Source of the DNA: Fonticula-like sp. SCN 57-25
Lineage: Eukaryota
Direction: 5' to 3'
DNA length: 64,000 bases
Assembly: GCA_001724245.1 (NCBI GenBank)
Contig: MEDX01000003.1
Coordinates: 1-64,000 of the forward strand
Shown piece after piece: positions 24,138-37,176 of this stretch (position 1 is its first letter; every line of letters starts with the position of its first letter). The notes under the pieces are model-generated. The model had not been told where the DNA came from, made no database searches, and saw only the letters and a program-made list of their open reading frames with translations. The translations under genes and the position numbers were made by a program.

Positions 24138-25508
24138 CTACCAGTCAAGCTTACCCGGTGTCTGGTTTATTGCCTCAGCGGCGTAAAACTGGTTGTACCA
24201 CCTGCGCAGCTGTACGACTGGTCCGTCGTTCTTGACGAGCGCGGGCCGCCGCAGGTATAGCTTGTTCTCCCATACTTGAAGGTCCTGCGCCCACTGCGTA
24301 ATCCAGTTGGTGGCCACCCACCACACGAGCAGCCGAGGCATGTACTTGTCGGCGTACCACCGGAAGCGCACACGCTGCTCAAGGAGGTCCATGGGCATGT
24401 GAGTCTGAAACATGTACACCGCGCCGAGCGGCGTCGGAAAGTGGAACATGACCATTCCCCCGGGGCCGCTAAAGGTGATGCGTGCCCGCAGTCCTGTCCA
24501 CCGCAGGTCCCGACCAAAAACGCGAATGAACACGTCGTCGTCAAAGTATGCCGTGTGCGGTTCTTCCCCGATCGACCAGCTCGCGCGGTGCTGGATCTCG
24601 CAGCCCGGGATCGGAGTATTTGTAAAAGGAAAGAGTAGCCGCCCATGAACTGGCTCAAAGTGGGCATAGTCAACAGAGTTTTCCGCAAACTCTTGCAAGT
24701 GCATGCGGACGTCCTGCTCGTGACTGCCGCGGAACACTGCCTCGCCAGAGTCGACCGAGGGCACATCCATCGGCTCGTATGTCGGGTCCTCCATCAATGC
24801 GTGGCTCCCGGTGCACAGACCAATGGTTGCTGCCGCCTGTGCTCCGCGCGCCGCCTCGGCCGCGTTATAGTAGACACAAATGAACCCAAATTTCTCACGC
24901 ACTGGCCAAGATCGCACGCGCGCGTTGCTGGGCGCGCCGTGCTCGCAGTACGGCACCGTCGTCGCACGACCAGTCTCCCCGTCAAAGCACCAGCCGTGGA
25001 AAGGGCACTCTAAGCAGTTGCCCTTTACCTTTCCTCCGACCGCCATGTTGGCGCCCAGGTGCGGGCAGTATGCGTCGAGCACCGACACCGACTCGGGCGC
25101 GCCGAGCGACCGAAAAACGGCAAAGTCTTCTCCGAGGGCTTGCACATGCAGCACTTGTCCGGCCGTCACTTCAGTGCTCAGCGCAACCGGGTACCAGCCG
25201 GACGGAAAACTGCTCGGGTAGGTCGCCAGGCGGCGCGCGCGAGACAGGCGGCGGGACCGCTCGGCGTCTTTGCGCCGGCGCGCCCGCTCTGAGGCGCTGC
25301 GCTTCCATGCTAAAACAACACGGTACGCTAGCCACACAAGGCCAAGGCCAACTGCAAGAACCTTGAGCTGCTGAGCGCTTTGGGACGACCAGTATGCATG
25401 CGCGACCTCGCCAAGCAGGACGGCAAGATTGCCGCGCAACGCATCATGGAGCCACTCGCCGGTGAGCCCGACCGTGGTCCAGCCAAACACACTCTCACTT
25501 AAATTCAT
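24138..25508 (-). CDS. nvd: Rieske-type cholesterol 7-desaturase (Neverland/DAF-36 family)
   Basis: Intronless 456 aa. N-terminal TM, FPSGWY, Rieske CPHLGA...CPFHGW, non-heme iron ENSVDYAHFEPVH, C-terminal QDLQVWENKLY..P.LVKNDGP...RRWYNQFY. Confidence 0.92.
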   Translation of the reverse strand: MNLSESVFGWTTVGLTGEWLHDALRGNLAVLLGEVAHAYWSSQSAQQLKVLAVGLGLVWLAYRVVLAWKRSASERARRRKDAERSRRLSRARRLATYPSSFPSGWYPVALSTEVTAGQVLHVQALGEDFAVFRSLGAPESVSVLDAYCPHLGANMAVGGKVKGNCLECPFHGWCFDGETGRATTVPYCEHGAPSNARVRSWPVREKFGFICVYYNAAEAARGAQAAATIGLCTGSHALMEDPTYEPMDVPSVDSGEAVFRGSHEQDVRMHLQEFAENSVDYAHFEPVHGRLLFPFTNTPIPGCEIQHRASWSIGEEPHTAYFDDDVFIRVFGRDLRWTGLRARITFSGPGGMVMFHFPTPLGAVYMFQTHMPMDLLEQRVRFRWYADKYMPRLLVWWVATNWITQWAQDLQVWENKLYLRRPALVKNDGPVVQLRRWYNQFYAAEAINQTPGKLDW

Positions 25509-25846
25509 GGCAACGCAAAGATCACAGGGAGCAGAGATCGTTTGGTCGCCGGTGAAGCTTCACATACGCCGGGGATGCGATGCTGCTGATGCCAGGGGGC
25601 AGCTATAAGCTACAACAGCCAATCAGAGTGAAGTGATGCATGCTCGATTTCCTTTTTAGGCGGTGGTCTGACTTTCAAATTTGGCGATGTCACGCATCAT
25701 GGTTGCGGTTCAGGCACAAACCTCCTGCTGGCATGCTAAAATACAACAAGCAACGTCGAGCAACGGCTATAGATGGTTCAAGTCTGCATTCACAAAACTT
25801 ATAGTACACAAAAGGCATGGGCAAAAAGCCGTGGAACACTCCATCG

Positions 25847-27287
25847 TTACATATCCGATACACTATACTTGTAGCGGTCCTCTTCCTTGGCGATGGCCAG
25901 CGACAGGCGCTCAAAGTGCTGCTTTTCAAACCCGTTCGAGCGGTCTAGAAAGCAAAATGGCGCTCTTAGAAGAGAGCAATCAAAGAGCAAGATTCGTACC
26001 GACACCGTCCCAGCGATATCCTGGGGGAATGTTGAAGCGGTTGGGCGGCGGCGGCGGCCCGCGGTACACCGGACGCTCCACGCGCGTGCTCTTGGACTAG
26101 AGACAAGGGATGAGAACACGGGAATAACGAGTGCGGCTAGGAACGTACACTTGTCTTCCCCGCCATAGGGTCGCCCCAGCGCGACTTTTGCTTGAGGTCC
26201 TCGTTCAGCTGGCGGTCGTCGGCGTAGCGAGCAAACGGCGCGTTCGACAGCTCGTTCAGCTGCCTCGCCCGCTCCTCTCGCTCCCGCGACTGCACCAGGC
26301 CGCGGCCCCACTCCATCCGCGCCTCCTGCTCCTCCTGTTTCTTGCGCTCCTCCTGCTCCTTCTTCATCTTCTCCAGCTTCAAGTCGACCTTGCGACCAGA
26401 CTTGTCACGGTACACCGTCTCTGCAAAGCGACCCGATTCAACAAGGTCCATGGAAGCAATCTTGCGGTGCTCCTCCGAGCTACACCAGCGCGTTAGGATC
26501 ACTCCGCAAGTATCATGGGGGCATACCGTCTCAACTGGGCGTCTTCGGCCACGGCCGACCCGCTCTGCAAACCTGCACGAGCTCCAGATGCCATGAAAGA
26601 GGGAAGATCCGAGTGGCGAGGAGGAGAAGCATCTTGGGCCTGGCGTCTTGGCGGAGACTCGTCGCGGGCCTGACGTCTTGGCGGGGACTCGTCGCGGGCC
26701 TGACGTCTTGGCGGGGACTCGTCGCGAGCGTGACGTCTAGGAGGTGACTCGTCACGGGTCGGGCGCCTTGGCGGAGATTCGTCGCGAGCCTGGCGTCTTG
26801 GCGGAGATTCGTCGCGGGTCTGCCTCCTGGGGGGAGACTGGTCTTGAACATGCCTCCTGGGGGGAGACTGATCTTGAACATGCCTCCTGGGTGGCGATAG
26901 GTCGCCGGCTCTGACGGGAGATCGTTCCCGCGCCCTTGCGTCGGAAGCGTACTCGCGGCGAAGTTGATCATTGAACAAGCTGTCGTCATCCTCGTCTTCC
27001 TTTTTATCGTCAGGCGCAGTAACCTGAACAGTGTTCCAGCCGCTTGTGTCGCGCTTCTTGAACTTGGCCACAACGTCATCATCTAGGATAACCGCAGTGG
27101 GAGCTTCAGCATCGTCTTCGCTCTCGCTCTCTTGCCTCCAGCTGTCATCCTGAAGATCCACAATCTGCAAGTTTTGAGCAGCAGCCGCTATCTTCTTCTT
27201 CTTCTGCTTCTTGTCGGAGGCACTAAAGCCCGGCGGCGGAGCCGACCTGTACTTGCGAAGGTACTCGGCCTTGCTCTTGTCGGACAT
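25847..27287 (-). CDS. BUD13: RES complex splicing factor BUD13/Cwc26
   Basis: SKAEYLRKY start, D.SPPRR repeats, [54 protein letters not shown]. Confidence 0.95.
26617..26903 (-). repeat. Coding 30-bp tandem repeat, 10 D-x-S-P-P-R units in BUD13
   Basis: Near-identical 30-nt units visible in the DNA and in the translation. Confidence 0.9.
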
Positions 27288-27460
27288 CGACCGCCTCACT
27301 CTGCCTGCCTGATGCTCTGATCTGATCTGATTTGTTGATGACCATCAGCCAAAAATCTTGATCATGATCAGTGTAGCGACAAGGTGGAGTTCGCATCCAA
27401 GTGCATCGTCCTCTTTCGCTCCCTCCGTCAGTCGCAGTACGTGAGAAGCGCATCGCAAAC

Positions 27461-28562
<1,102 letters not shown>

Positions 28563-29530
28563 ACGTGACTTTGTGATATAAAACAACAATGATTCGAAAC
28601 AGACAATTTGATGTAAAGGAGGCTTTGTGGGCGAACGCAGACGAAGCACTGGGATGCATCACAAACAGGCACACAGCTCAGGCACAGCGAGCACGAGAGG
28701 GCACGTCCATGCCGACATATTTATAGAAGCCCGTGCCAATGACCAAAAAAAGGTACATTGGGTGGACGGCATAGGATGGACGAGTTGTCGTGTCCGGCGT
28801 TGTCCGGGGGCAAAGAATGCGGCGTCTTGCAAGTGGACCCTAAGCGTCATTCGCATACCGTCCCTAATCATGCCACTGCCAAGCCGAAACCAAAGTGAAC
28901 TGTTTCCTTTCTCTACTTTTACCGGACCTAAACCGGGCGCTTTACGGAGGAATATGTAAACACATAATTGGACACCTCACCATCGATAGGAAATTTGCGC
29001 CGCCCACTCGACCCTCGGTTGCTGCCGGCGGGCATGGAATGTTTCGACTAAAGCAGCGAGATACACGCGTTTTCAGCGCGGCGATGTGGTTGCGAGCCCC
29101 TTGTGATGGTACTCAGTGGTCATATTACACCATGTCAAAACGTCAATCCATCAGAATGAGAGGTTGATTTTTGGCGCAACTTGTCAACACTTATTCGGCA
29201 CGAATTGGCCGTCGACGACGCCGTTCCAATGCTTCCCTCCGCTATTTGCCCAGCAGGCGTTGCCTTGTCCCCTATTTGAAGGCCCACCCGCCTCAGCACT
29301 GAGAGAGCGAGTGACGTTTTTCCCTTCAGGAGTGCTGTCCGCCCCCTTGCAGAGTGATCGCGACGCCTCACCTTGCCGCGTTTCCAAACAACACTCTCCT
29401 CCTGCAGCAGGACCACACCGCTCGTCCTGCGAGGTGCTCTGCTCGTCGCTACTCTCTTCCCTGCCGCCGCCCGGCCTCGCTTTTTTCCCTTTCTTTCTCA
29501 TCGCCCGCATCCCTGCCGCCGCCATCGACG

Positions 29531-30932
29531 ATGAGCGCCGACGTATTGTACGCCGCTGCTCTGGCCTACCCGTGAAACTTACGCCCCCTCTCTCAGCAGG
29601 TCCTCCAGCGTCCCCTTCATGGGCGCCTCGCCTCGCTTTTCCAAGAACGAGTTGCTCGACTGCATCGATGAGGGCTACATCAGCCCGTCGGTGACGCACC
29701 ACCCCCTGCAGCCCGTGACCGATGTGCATGCTCATCACCACCAGGCTTCGTCCCTCTCCGCGAGCCTGCGCCGCATCTCCTCCTACGGCCAGGATGACGG
29801 CTTTATCCGCTTCGCCGACAGCGCAGTCATGTCGCCTGGGCTCGGTTCGCTGGACGCCTCTCGCCCCGTCCCCTTCCCGCTGAGCATGCCGGCCGGCCTG
29901 GACGGCTTCCTCGACGACGACAGCGGCTCCTTTGAGCCTTTCTCGCACTACATCGCGGTGGACGTGCATCTCGCGGGCGCCGGCGGGCCCGCCCCTTCGG
30001 CGCTGCCGCTCGGCAGCGTCGCCATGCCGATGGCGCTGGACGCCTCGGCTGCAGGCATGCCGCTCGGCGAGGACCTCGCCTTCTTTTCCAAGGTCTCGCG
30101 CTCGTCCGAGTACATTGACGTCGCCGAGCCCGCACAGATGGTCGCGATGGACATTGACCTTGCCGACGACGAGGACGCCGACGAGATGGATGACGCGCCC
30201 GATGCCAGCGGGCTGCAGATGGACTACGCCGCCGCTCTCCAGTTTGGCGGCGGCATGATCCGCGCCACCTCGTCCCAGCCGACCTCGCTCGGGCTGCGCC
30301 ACGCAGCGGGCCTGTCGGCGCGTGCCACAATGCAGCCGCGATCGCCAGCCAAGGGCGCCGTCAGGTCGTCCCTGCGCCTTGCGCACGACTGGCAGCCGTA
30401 CCCCGTCGCTACCTACATGGGCGACGCGGACGGCGCGGACGGCCTCGAGTCGCCGTCCGACGACACCCTCACCATGACACCGACCACATCGTCGAACTCT
30501 CTCGCCTTCTCGGACGACGAGAGCAACATGGACGCCGCCGCTGCGCCGCGCGCGCCTCGCAGCCCTTCGTCGTCGTCGTCGTCCTCGCGGAGGCGCGGTC
30601 GCCGCGGGGCTGGTCCCCGCGGGCCGTCGCCGGCAAGCCAAAACTTCCGCGTTGAGGTGAACGGCTTCAATATCAGCATCCTCGTTCTGCGTCACCAGGG
30701 CCACGACGGGCGCCACCCGACCGCCCGTAACACCTTCTACTACCAGGCGCGCATCCGCAACGTGTACCCGCAAAAGCACCTGTGGGCCGGATGGGACACG
30801 CGCGAGGGCATTGAGCAGCGCGTCACGAATCTTGTTTTGCAGTACGGGCAGAGGCTGCTCAAGGAGCGCCCGCCGGCGCTCATCAAGGCCGCCAAGCGGA
30901 ACGCCAAGCTCAGCCGCGAGCGCAGGCTGTGA
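29531..30932 (+). CDS. Hypothetical protein; long disordered acidic region plus basic C-terminal domain (putative transcription factor)
   Basis: Micro-exon ATGAGCGCCGACGTATT | gtacgc..cag | spliced in frame to the 437-aa ORF; strong codon bias; SRRRGRR NLS-like motif. Confidence 0.75.
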
Positions 30933-31252
30933 ATCGGTCTTTTTTCTTGATACAACAAGCTGATAGAAACTAACGGCAAATATTTTACGCGCAAGGAGCA
31001 GCTCCAATGGATTAAGAAGGCAAGGAGCTTTATATCTGTTTTACTATGTTTTACCTGAAGATTTTCCGCACGCTACCTATTTGGCATATTCTCATTACAG
31101 TGTTTTTTTCGAGTATGGTCAGGCATACAATTTATGTATTACCTAGAAGGAATCGCAGATGGCCTTTGCATGGCGCGTTAATATATTTGCATACCATTTC
31201 AATGCCGTTCACCTGGGGAGGCGGTGCAAAAGAAACCAATAGGAATAATAAA

Positions 31253-31322
31253 CCGTGTACTTGTCTGCATCGCACGTTGATCAGACTCCGTGTACTTGTC
31301 TGCATCGCACGTTGATCAGACT
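31253..31322. repeat. Perfect 35-bp tandem duplication
   Basis: CCGTGTACTTGTCTGCATCGCACGTTGATCAGACT x2, no spacer. Confidence 0.95.
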
Positions 31323-31417
31323 TTGATTACGTCATTAGGTGACTGCGCATTGCGGCATCGCTCGGGCATCGCTCGGGCCTGGCTCGGGCTGCGTCGGGAT
31401 CCGCGGGGGCAAAACCG

Positions 31418-32177
31418 ATGATGCAACGGCCGGTTGTGAGGGCCGCCTTGTTATTTGGTTTGATAGCTTTGTGCAGCGCTGCTTTGTTGCCGGGCGAGGA
31501 AACGGAATTCTGTCCAGGTAACAACCGTCAATTAATTTGCATCTTTTGCTAACGGGCGTTTTAGTGGGGGATGAAAACTGCACAACGGTAGTCTATGATC
31601 CCAACACGCCACTAGTCCCCTGCGAGCGTCTGTGCGTCCCATTTATTTGTGTCTTTTATTTGTGCGTTGCTAAATGCTGTAAAACGTTTTGTCTTTCCTA
31701 GGCCGCCTCTTTTCTACACATGTGTTTTTGAAGACTACAGCGAATTGTCAGACGAACAGTACAGCGAGCTCAGCAGCGAGGCGCAGTCGCTTGGGTGCCG
31801 CGTTTTTAATGCCCCCCAGGGTCAATTTCCAGCGACGACGACCGCGACATGTACCGTTTTTGATGACATCGAGTGCATCGGGAACCGCTCCTTTCTGCAG
31901 CCCGGCACTCCCTGCATCAAGTACGCCGCACTGGCGTATTCTGCCTGCAGCTAACAGTGAAATTAGATATAACGGATATCATTTTACGACTATTTTGCTA
32001 TTGAGTCTTTTTCTCGGTTTCCTCGGTGTCGACCGGTTCTGCCTAAAGTTTACCTGCATCGGCGTCGCCAAGCTGCTCACCCTGGGAGGGCTGGGGATTT
32101 GGTGGATAGTCGACCTCGCTCTGCTTGTCTCCGGTAATCTCATTCCCGCCGACTCATCAAGCTGGAGCCAAACTTGA
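31418..32177 (+). CDS. TM2D2: TM2 domain-containing protein 2
   Basis: Signal peptide, [19 protein letters not shown]...[23 protein letters not shown]...[16 protein letters not shown]. Confidence 0.9.
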
Positions 32178-32476
32178 AAAACAGTGTGCTTTTTGCATCC
32201 GGGGGCCCGCGCGCCCAAGCGGCTGTTCATATTGTTTTCTGCCTGAACGTCGTCGAGAAGCTTTAAAGCGTTTCATTTTTAGTGTGATGTATATTATAGT
32301 AGATGATGTACTAATATGCGATATTTTACTTCCTGTATGAATATATAACGTGCGGAACAAGACTTATTTCGAGGGCGGTCCCTGGGATCGTCGCCGCAAA
32401 CAGGCCGCTATGATCTTGTGAAGTACCACTCCAGTTTGCAGTTTGCAGATTGCGTCGTGCTTGGTCATTCTAGAGG

Positions 32477-33613
32477 ATGCGGTGCACAGAGGACACCGGC
32501 TTCCACCTGATTGCGTGGACGTTTATCCTCAGCGCCCATTTATCCACAGTGTTTGGCGTGCTTCGACCATGGCTGGGAGTGTCGACGGCGGGCGTGTGGC
32601 TGCAGGTCATCTTTAACACGCTCGTCTTCTTTGTTTACTATAACCTGTTAAGGGCCACCCACACGGACCCGGGATCCGTTCCCGTAGGCTGGGTACGCCG
32701 AGCCTTCTTTGCACACTGTGCTAATTGGCCGAATTAGGTTCCGAGCGAGTCGTCGAGTGTCGAGGTGAAGAAAAAGTCTAGAGAGCCGCGTTTCTGCAAA
32801 AAGTGCAACGCGCTCAAGCCCGCGCGCGCCCACCACTGCTCGTACTGCCAGCGCTGCGTGCTTCGCATGGACCACCACTGTGCGCTTTCTTTTTCCGAGT
32901 GGTGCCAACTTATGCGCTTTGTTGTACAGGCCCGTGGATCCACAATTGCGTTGGGCATCGCAATCACCACTATTTTCTGCGGTTTCTCTTCTTCACGACG
33001 ATCGCCAGCCTGACGTGCCTCCTTATCAACATTGTCCGCCTCACGACGATCGCCCCGTCGCACAAGGTACGTGCCTGCGCCCTATCGGCGAACGCGCGCT
33101 TACCCGTTTCACGTGCAGGTGCCAGGGGCGCCGTCCGTGTCCGCGGGCGAGATCGTGTCGATGGCCATGTCGCTCGTGATCTGCGTCCCGATCGTGCTCG
33201 CCGTCGGCCTGCTCCTCATCTCGCAGCTGATTTCGCTGGCGTCCAACATGACCACGATTGAGGGATTTGAGGTCGAGCGCGTGGAGCGCGAAGTGCGGCG
33301 CGGCCGCATGGCAAAGGTCCGCTGCCCCGTCTCTCTTTTCTGCAGCCCACTCACGATGCCGCAGCACGCGTTCCCGTACGACCTTGGCTGCTGGCGCAAC
33401 TACACGTCGCTTCTTGGGCCGAACATGTTGTCATGGTTTTTCACGTCGGTGCCCGCTGGCGACGGCTATAACTTTGAGATGCGCCTCCCCGCGGACGTGG
33501 AGGCGGGGGCGTACGAATGGCCGCCGCCGGGCTTGAACAAGCCAAAGGCGAGGGCGGCGGCTGAGCCCGACAAGGCGGCTGATGGACAGGACAAGACCGA
33601 CAAGCAGTCTTAG
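32477..33613 (+). CDS. DHHC palmitoyltransferase (Pfa4/ZDHHC6-like)
   Basis: [46 protein letters not shown] and WPP motifs. Confidence 0.93.
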
Positions 33614-33869
33614 CAGACGCCCTTTTTGTTTTGGCGCTTGCTGATGTCAACGTGTGTTTCCTTTTATTCAGTATGTATTTTTGTATTATGTCACTAAATT
33701 ATAATGAACATTACTCGTACATTACAAAACAACATCTTGCGCTCTCATCACCGTCATTAACTATAGTAATAAATACCACTATCAAAACTATAACCTATCA
33801 CTTCGTCCTCTGCTCTCCTCTTCAGCGACATCATACCCCAGATTCTACCCTAGATTGCTGACAGCCACG

Positions 33870-36800
33870 ATGACCAAGTCGCAGCGGGCCAAGAAGGCCC
33901 AGACGGCCGACTTTCAGGTGCGCGCCGCGGCCTGCCGGCACTCTTGCGTGTACTAATGACCGCATACAGAAAGCAAAAATCAAGGTAGGCAAGAAGAAGC
34001 TTGCGCCGCTAAACTCGACGGATGTTTCGTTCAAATCAAAGGGTACGCGCGATCCGGGCACGTGGGACGCAGCTCACTCACCGTTTCTGATGCTGTGCAG
34101 CTCTCGTTATCCCTGGCCAAAGCTCTCTTGAGGACAAGGGCGACGTGACGAATTCCCGCAAGCTGACATTGAAGGATCTCCTTGGCCAGCTCAAGCACTA
34201 CAGCCCCAACGTCCGCAAAGGTGCGTGGTCTTCTGCCCCATTTGGCCGATCTGACCGCCGATCGCGTCGCAGATGCGCTTTACGGCATTGCAGATCTGCT
34301 CAAGCGTCACCCGACTGCTTTGACGGGCCACTTGGGTCTTGTGATGGAGGGCGTTTTGCCTTTGGCAGTTGATGAGGTGCGTCCTTTTCATCCTTGACCC
34401 CCACCCGCTAACGCGCCGAATGTAGGCGCCGCCTGTCCGCCAGGCCCTCCGCAGCCTACTGGAGATATTTGGAAAGGACTTTCCGGCCACCGTAATGAGC
34501 CCCTTTATGCGCCTGTTTCAAGTGTACGCGACAGCGGCTATGACGCACATTTTTGAGGACATTCGCCTGTCGTCACTCGACCTCGTGGACACGTGGACCG
34601 CCGCGTACCCGCAGTCGGCCACGGTCATGCGCAAGCAGCTCATGCCTCTCTACGTGAGCCTGCTCACAAACATATCGTCGGCGGACGCCTCGCGCAAGTC
34701 AGACGGCTCGGCGGCGCCCAAGCCCACGGCCGGGAGACTTTTGTCGGCGCCGAGCAGCCGCCTCAGCTTGACAGAGGTGCGCTCGCCGGCCACGCCCCGT
34801 TCTACCCTTGACTAACCATGCTGTGATGCAGTCGCGCGGCCGCATTCTGCTAAGTCTCTATGCTTTTTTGGATCTTGTCCTCCATTCGCACCGTGATTCG
34901 TACGCCTCTTTAGTGACTTTTGGCCAATGCTAAGATCATGCTAGTTTTTGGTTCGCGTCGATTGATGATGCTCAGCTTGCCGGTGAGCAAGCCGGTAGCG
35001 GGGGCATTGGCTCTGCGCCGCTCGACTTGCACGCCGGCGACGCGGAGGCCGACCAGCAAGCGGCGACGCTCTCATCGTTTGACCTGCACGCTGCCGGCGA
35101 CATGCAGCTTTTCATGGGCACCGTGCTGCCCGTCCTGATGGAGTGTTGGATGGAGCACGCCGCGGCGACCTTTCCGTCCACCGAGATCAACGACTTGACC
35201 AAGCTTGCCATCCTCAACCCCGTGCTGCGCACGATGAACCTGCTCTGGCGGCAGTACTCGCTGATCCAGGCGACGCCCGACTACAAGTTTGTCGGCCAAT
35301 TTGTGCGCGACCTGGAGCGCCACGTCTCGCAGTACTTTCCGTTTGGCCAGGGCAGCTACCTTATCACAAACCCAAAGGTGCGCATGCTCGCGGAGCCTCT
35401 TCGTTGCTTGCTAATGCCATGCTTCTGTTTGTTGTCGCAACCAGGCGCAGGTCATGCTCGAGTCGATGAGCTTTGAGTACTGTGAGCTTGCGTCGCATCT
35501 GCTCGTATGCGGCGCGCCGGCCTCGTTTGGGACGTCGATGCTGCGCGCGTGCACGTTCGCCACCAAGCTGCTTCAGGATTGGCCCCCTGGGTCGTCGGCC
35601 GAGACGCTGGAGCGCTTGCTGCCACTCATCTGGCGGCACGCGCTGCAGTGCACGCCATCGAGCAAGGATCTATTGTCCGCGTTTGAAAAGTTTTACCTGA
35701 GCGTGTCGCCCCGTTCGCCGACGGCCAAGACAGCGGCGCGCTTCTACGTGGCGCTCATCACGCATCGCCGCAAGGGCTCGCAGCTGCTGCACGACGCGGC
35801 GGACCTGCAGCCCTTTTGGCGCACCTTTGTTGGCTCGATCCCGCGCACACTGTGGGAGCTGCGCAACACGGACGTTGACTTTTCCGACCGCCTGCTGGGG
35901 TGTCTTTCCCAGATGCTGCGCACGTCGTCGGGCGGCGACATTGTGGACGTGGCCGCGACGCAGGCGGCGCTCGTACCGTTCTTTTTTAAGCAGGTGCGAG
36001 CAGGCGGCCGGCCACAGCCCGTGCGCGTCTTTGGCCCGTTCGCGACCCTGCCGGCAGCGACGCGCAGCCGCGCGCTGGACCTCCTCTTCTACCTCAGGCC
36101 GCTGCAGCCAAAGCTTCTCTCGGCGCTCCTCGTCGCGCTCTCATCGGGCGCCGTGGATGCCGACACGGTCCGCTACGCGCTACAGGTTGTCCGCCTGTGT
36201 GAGACCGCCGGCGACGGTGCCGACACCTTCCTGAGCTTTTACGCGTCGATCCTCTTTGGCGTCAGCGCCGCTGACGCGGCCGTCGAGCAGCAGGCGGCCG
36301 CGCCCGCCGCGCAGAACGTGTCGGGCGTCTTGCTGTTCCACGCGAGTGACGTTATCAAGACGCGCCGCGTGCTCATGAGCAACCTGCTCGACAAGAATGA
36401 GCCGCTGACGCACGCCACGTTTGTCCAGCGCCGCATTGGTATCATCCGGGCGGCGCTCGACTGCCTCGCGTCCACGTCGCTTGCGTCACCCGCGGACGTC
36501 CTTGCTCAGCTCGAGCCGCTCGCTGACGAGCTTCTGGCGGCCGCGTGCGCGCCGGACCTGCTCCTCGCCGTGCTGATGCTCCTCGCGGACCGCCGCCTGG
36601 CGCCGGCCACCGCCATGCCGCTCGGCGCGCAGGCGGGGCGGCTCGCGCTCGCTCTTGTGTGCCACGTGGCGCTGCCCGCCGAGGCCGCCGACGGGGGCCA
36701 GGTGGTCATGGACGAGGTGATGGCGCTCATGGCCGCGCGGCCCGAGGTGCTGGTGCAGTGCCTGGCCGAGGCGGCCTCCCAGCTGGGGGAGAGCGCCAAG

Positions 36801-36995
36801 GACGAGGAGCGCCAGCAGAGGATATGTACAGGCACATACGAGATTCTGCGCGACAGGACAAATTGCCTCGAGATGGAGAGGCACGCGGGGACAGTGCAGG
36901 CGTTTGCTTCCGCCGTCCAGGAGTGCGGCGGGGAGGCGGCGAGGCACCTCAATGCGCACTTGAAGTTTACGTTTGGGAGACTCGCGTCGTGGTGA
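33870..36995 (+). CDS. IPI1: Pre-rRNA processing protein Ipi1/TEX10
   Basis: ADFQKAKIKVGKKK...TDVSFKSK, LKHYSPNVRK and AAMTHIFEDIR motifs; long helical C-terminus as in TEX10. Confidence 0.92.
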
Positions 36996-37176
36996 GCGGT
37001 TGTGGCAATGTTTGTACATATGTAATAGATATTTGGGCTATGCGCATACTTTATCGAGTGTAGACACTCTGTTCCATCTCGTTTGACTTCAAAGACACTA
37101 TATATTTTTTGTCGCGAACACTTCCCCTGACCTGGACTCGCTGTGATTCGTCCGGATTCGTCAGTGTTGTTTTGCC

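Noticed and set aside
25631..25674. Possible C/D snoRNA (TGATGC...CTGA with short terminal stem)
   Set aside because: Box C is imperfect, the element is too short (~45 nt), and it lies within the Neverland promoter.
26617..26903. Regular 30-bp repeats as a possible CRISPR array or satellite
   Set aside because: No unique spacers and no cas genes; they encode the SPPRR repeats known in BUD13.
29184..31007. 607-aa minus-strand ORF
   Set aside because: R/G/V-rich shadow of the plus-strand gene, which has the host codon bias and a canonical intron.
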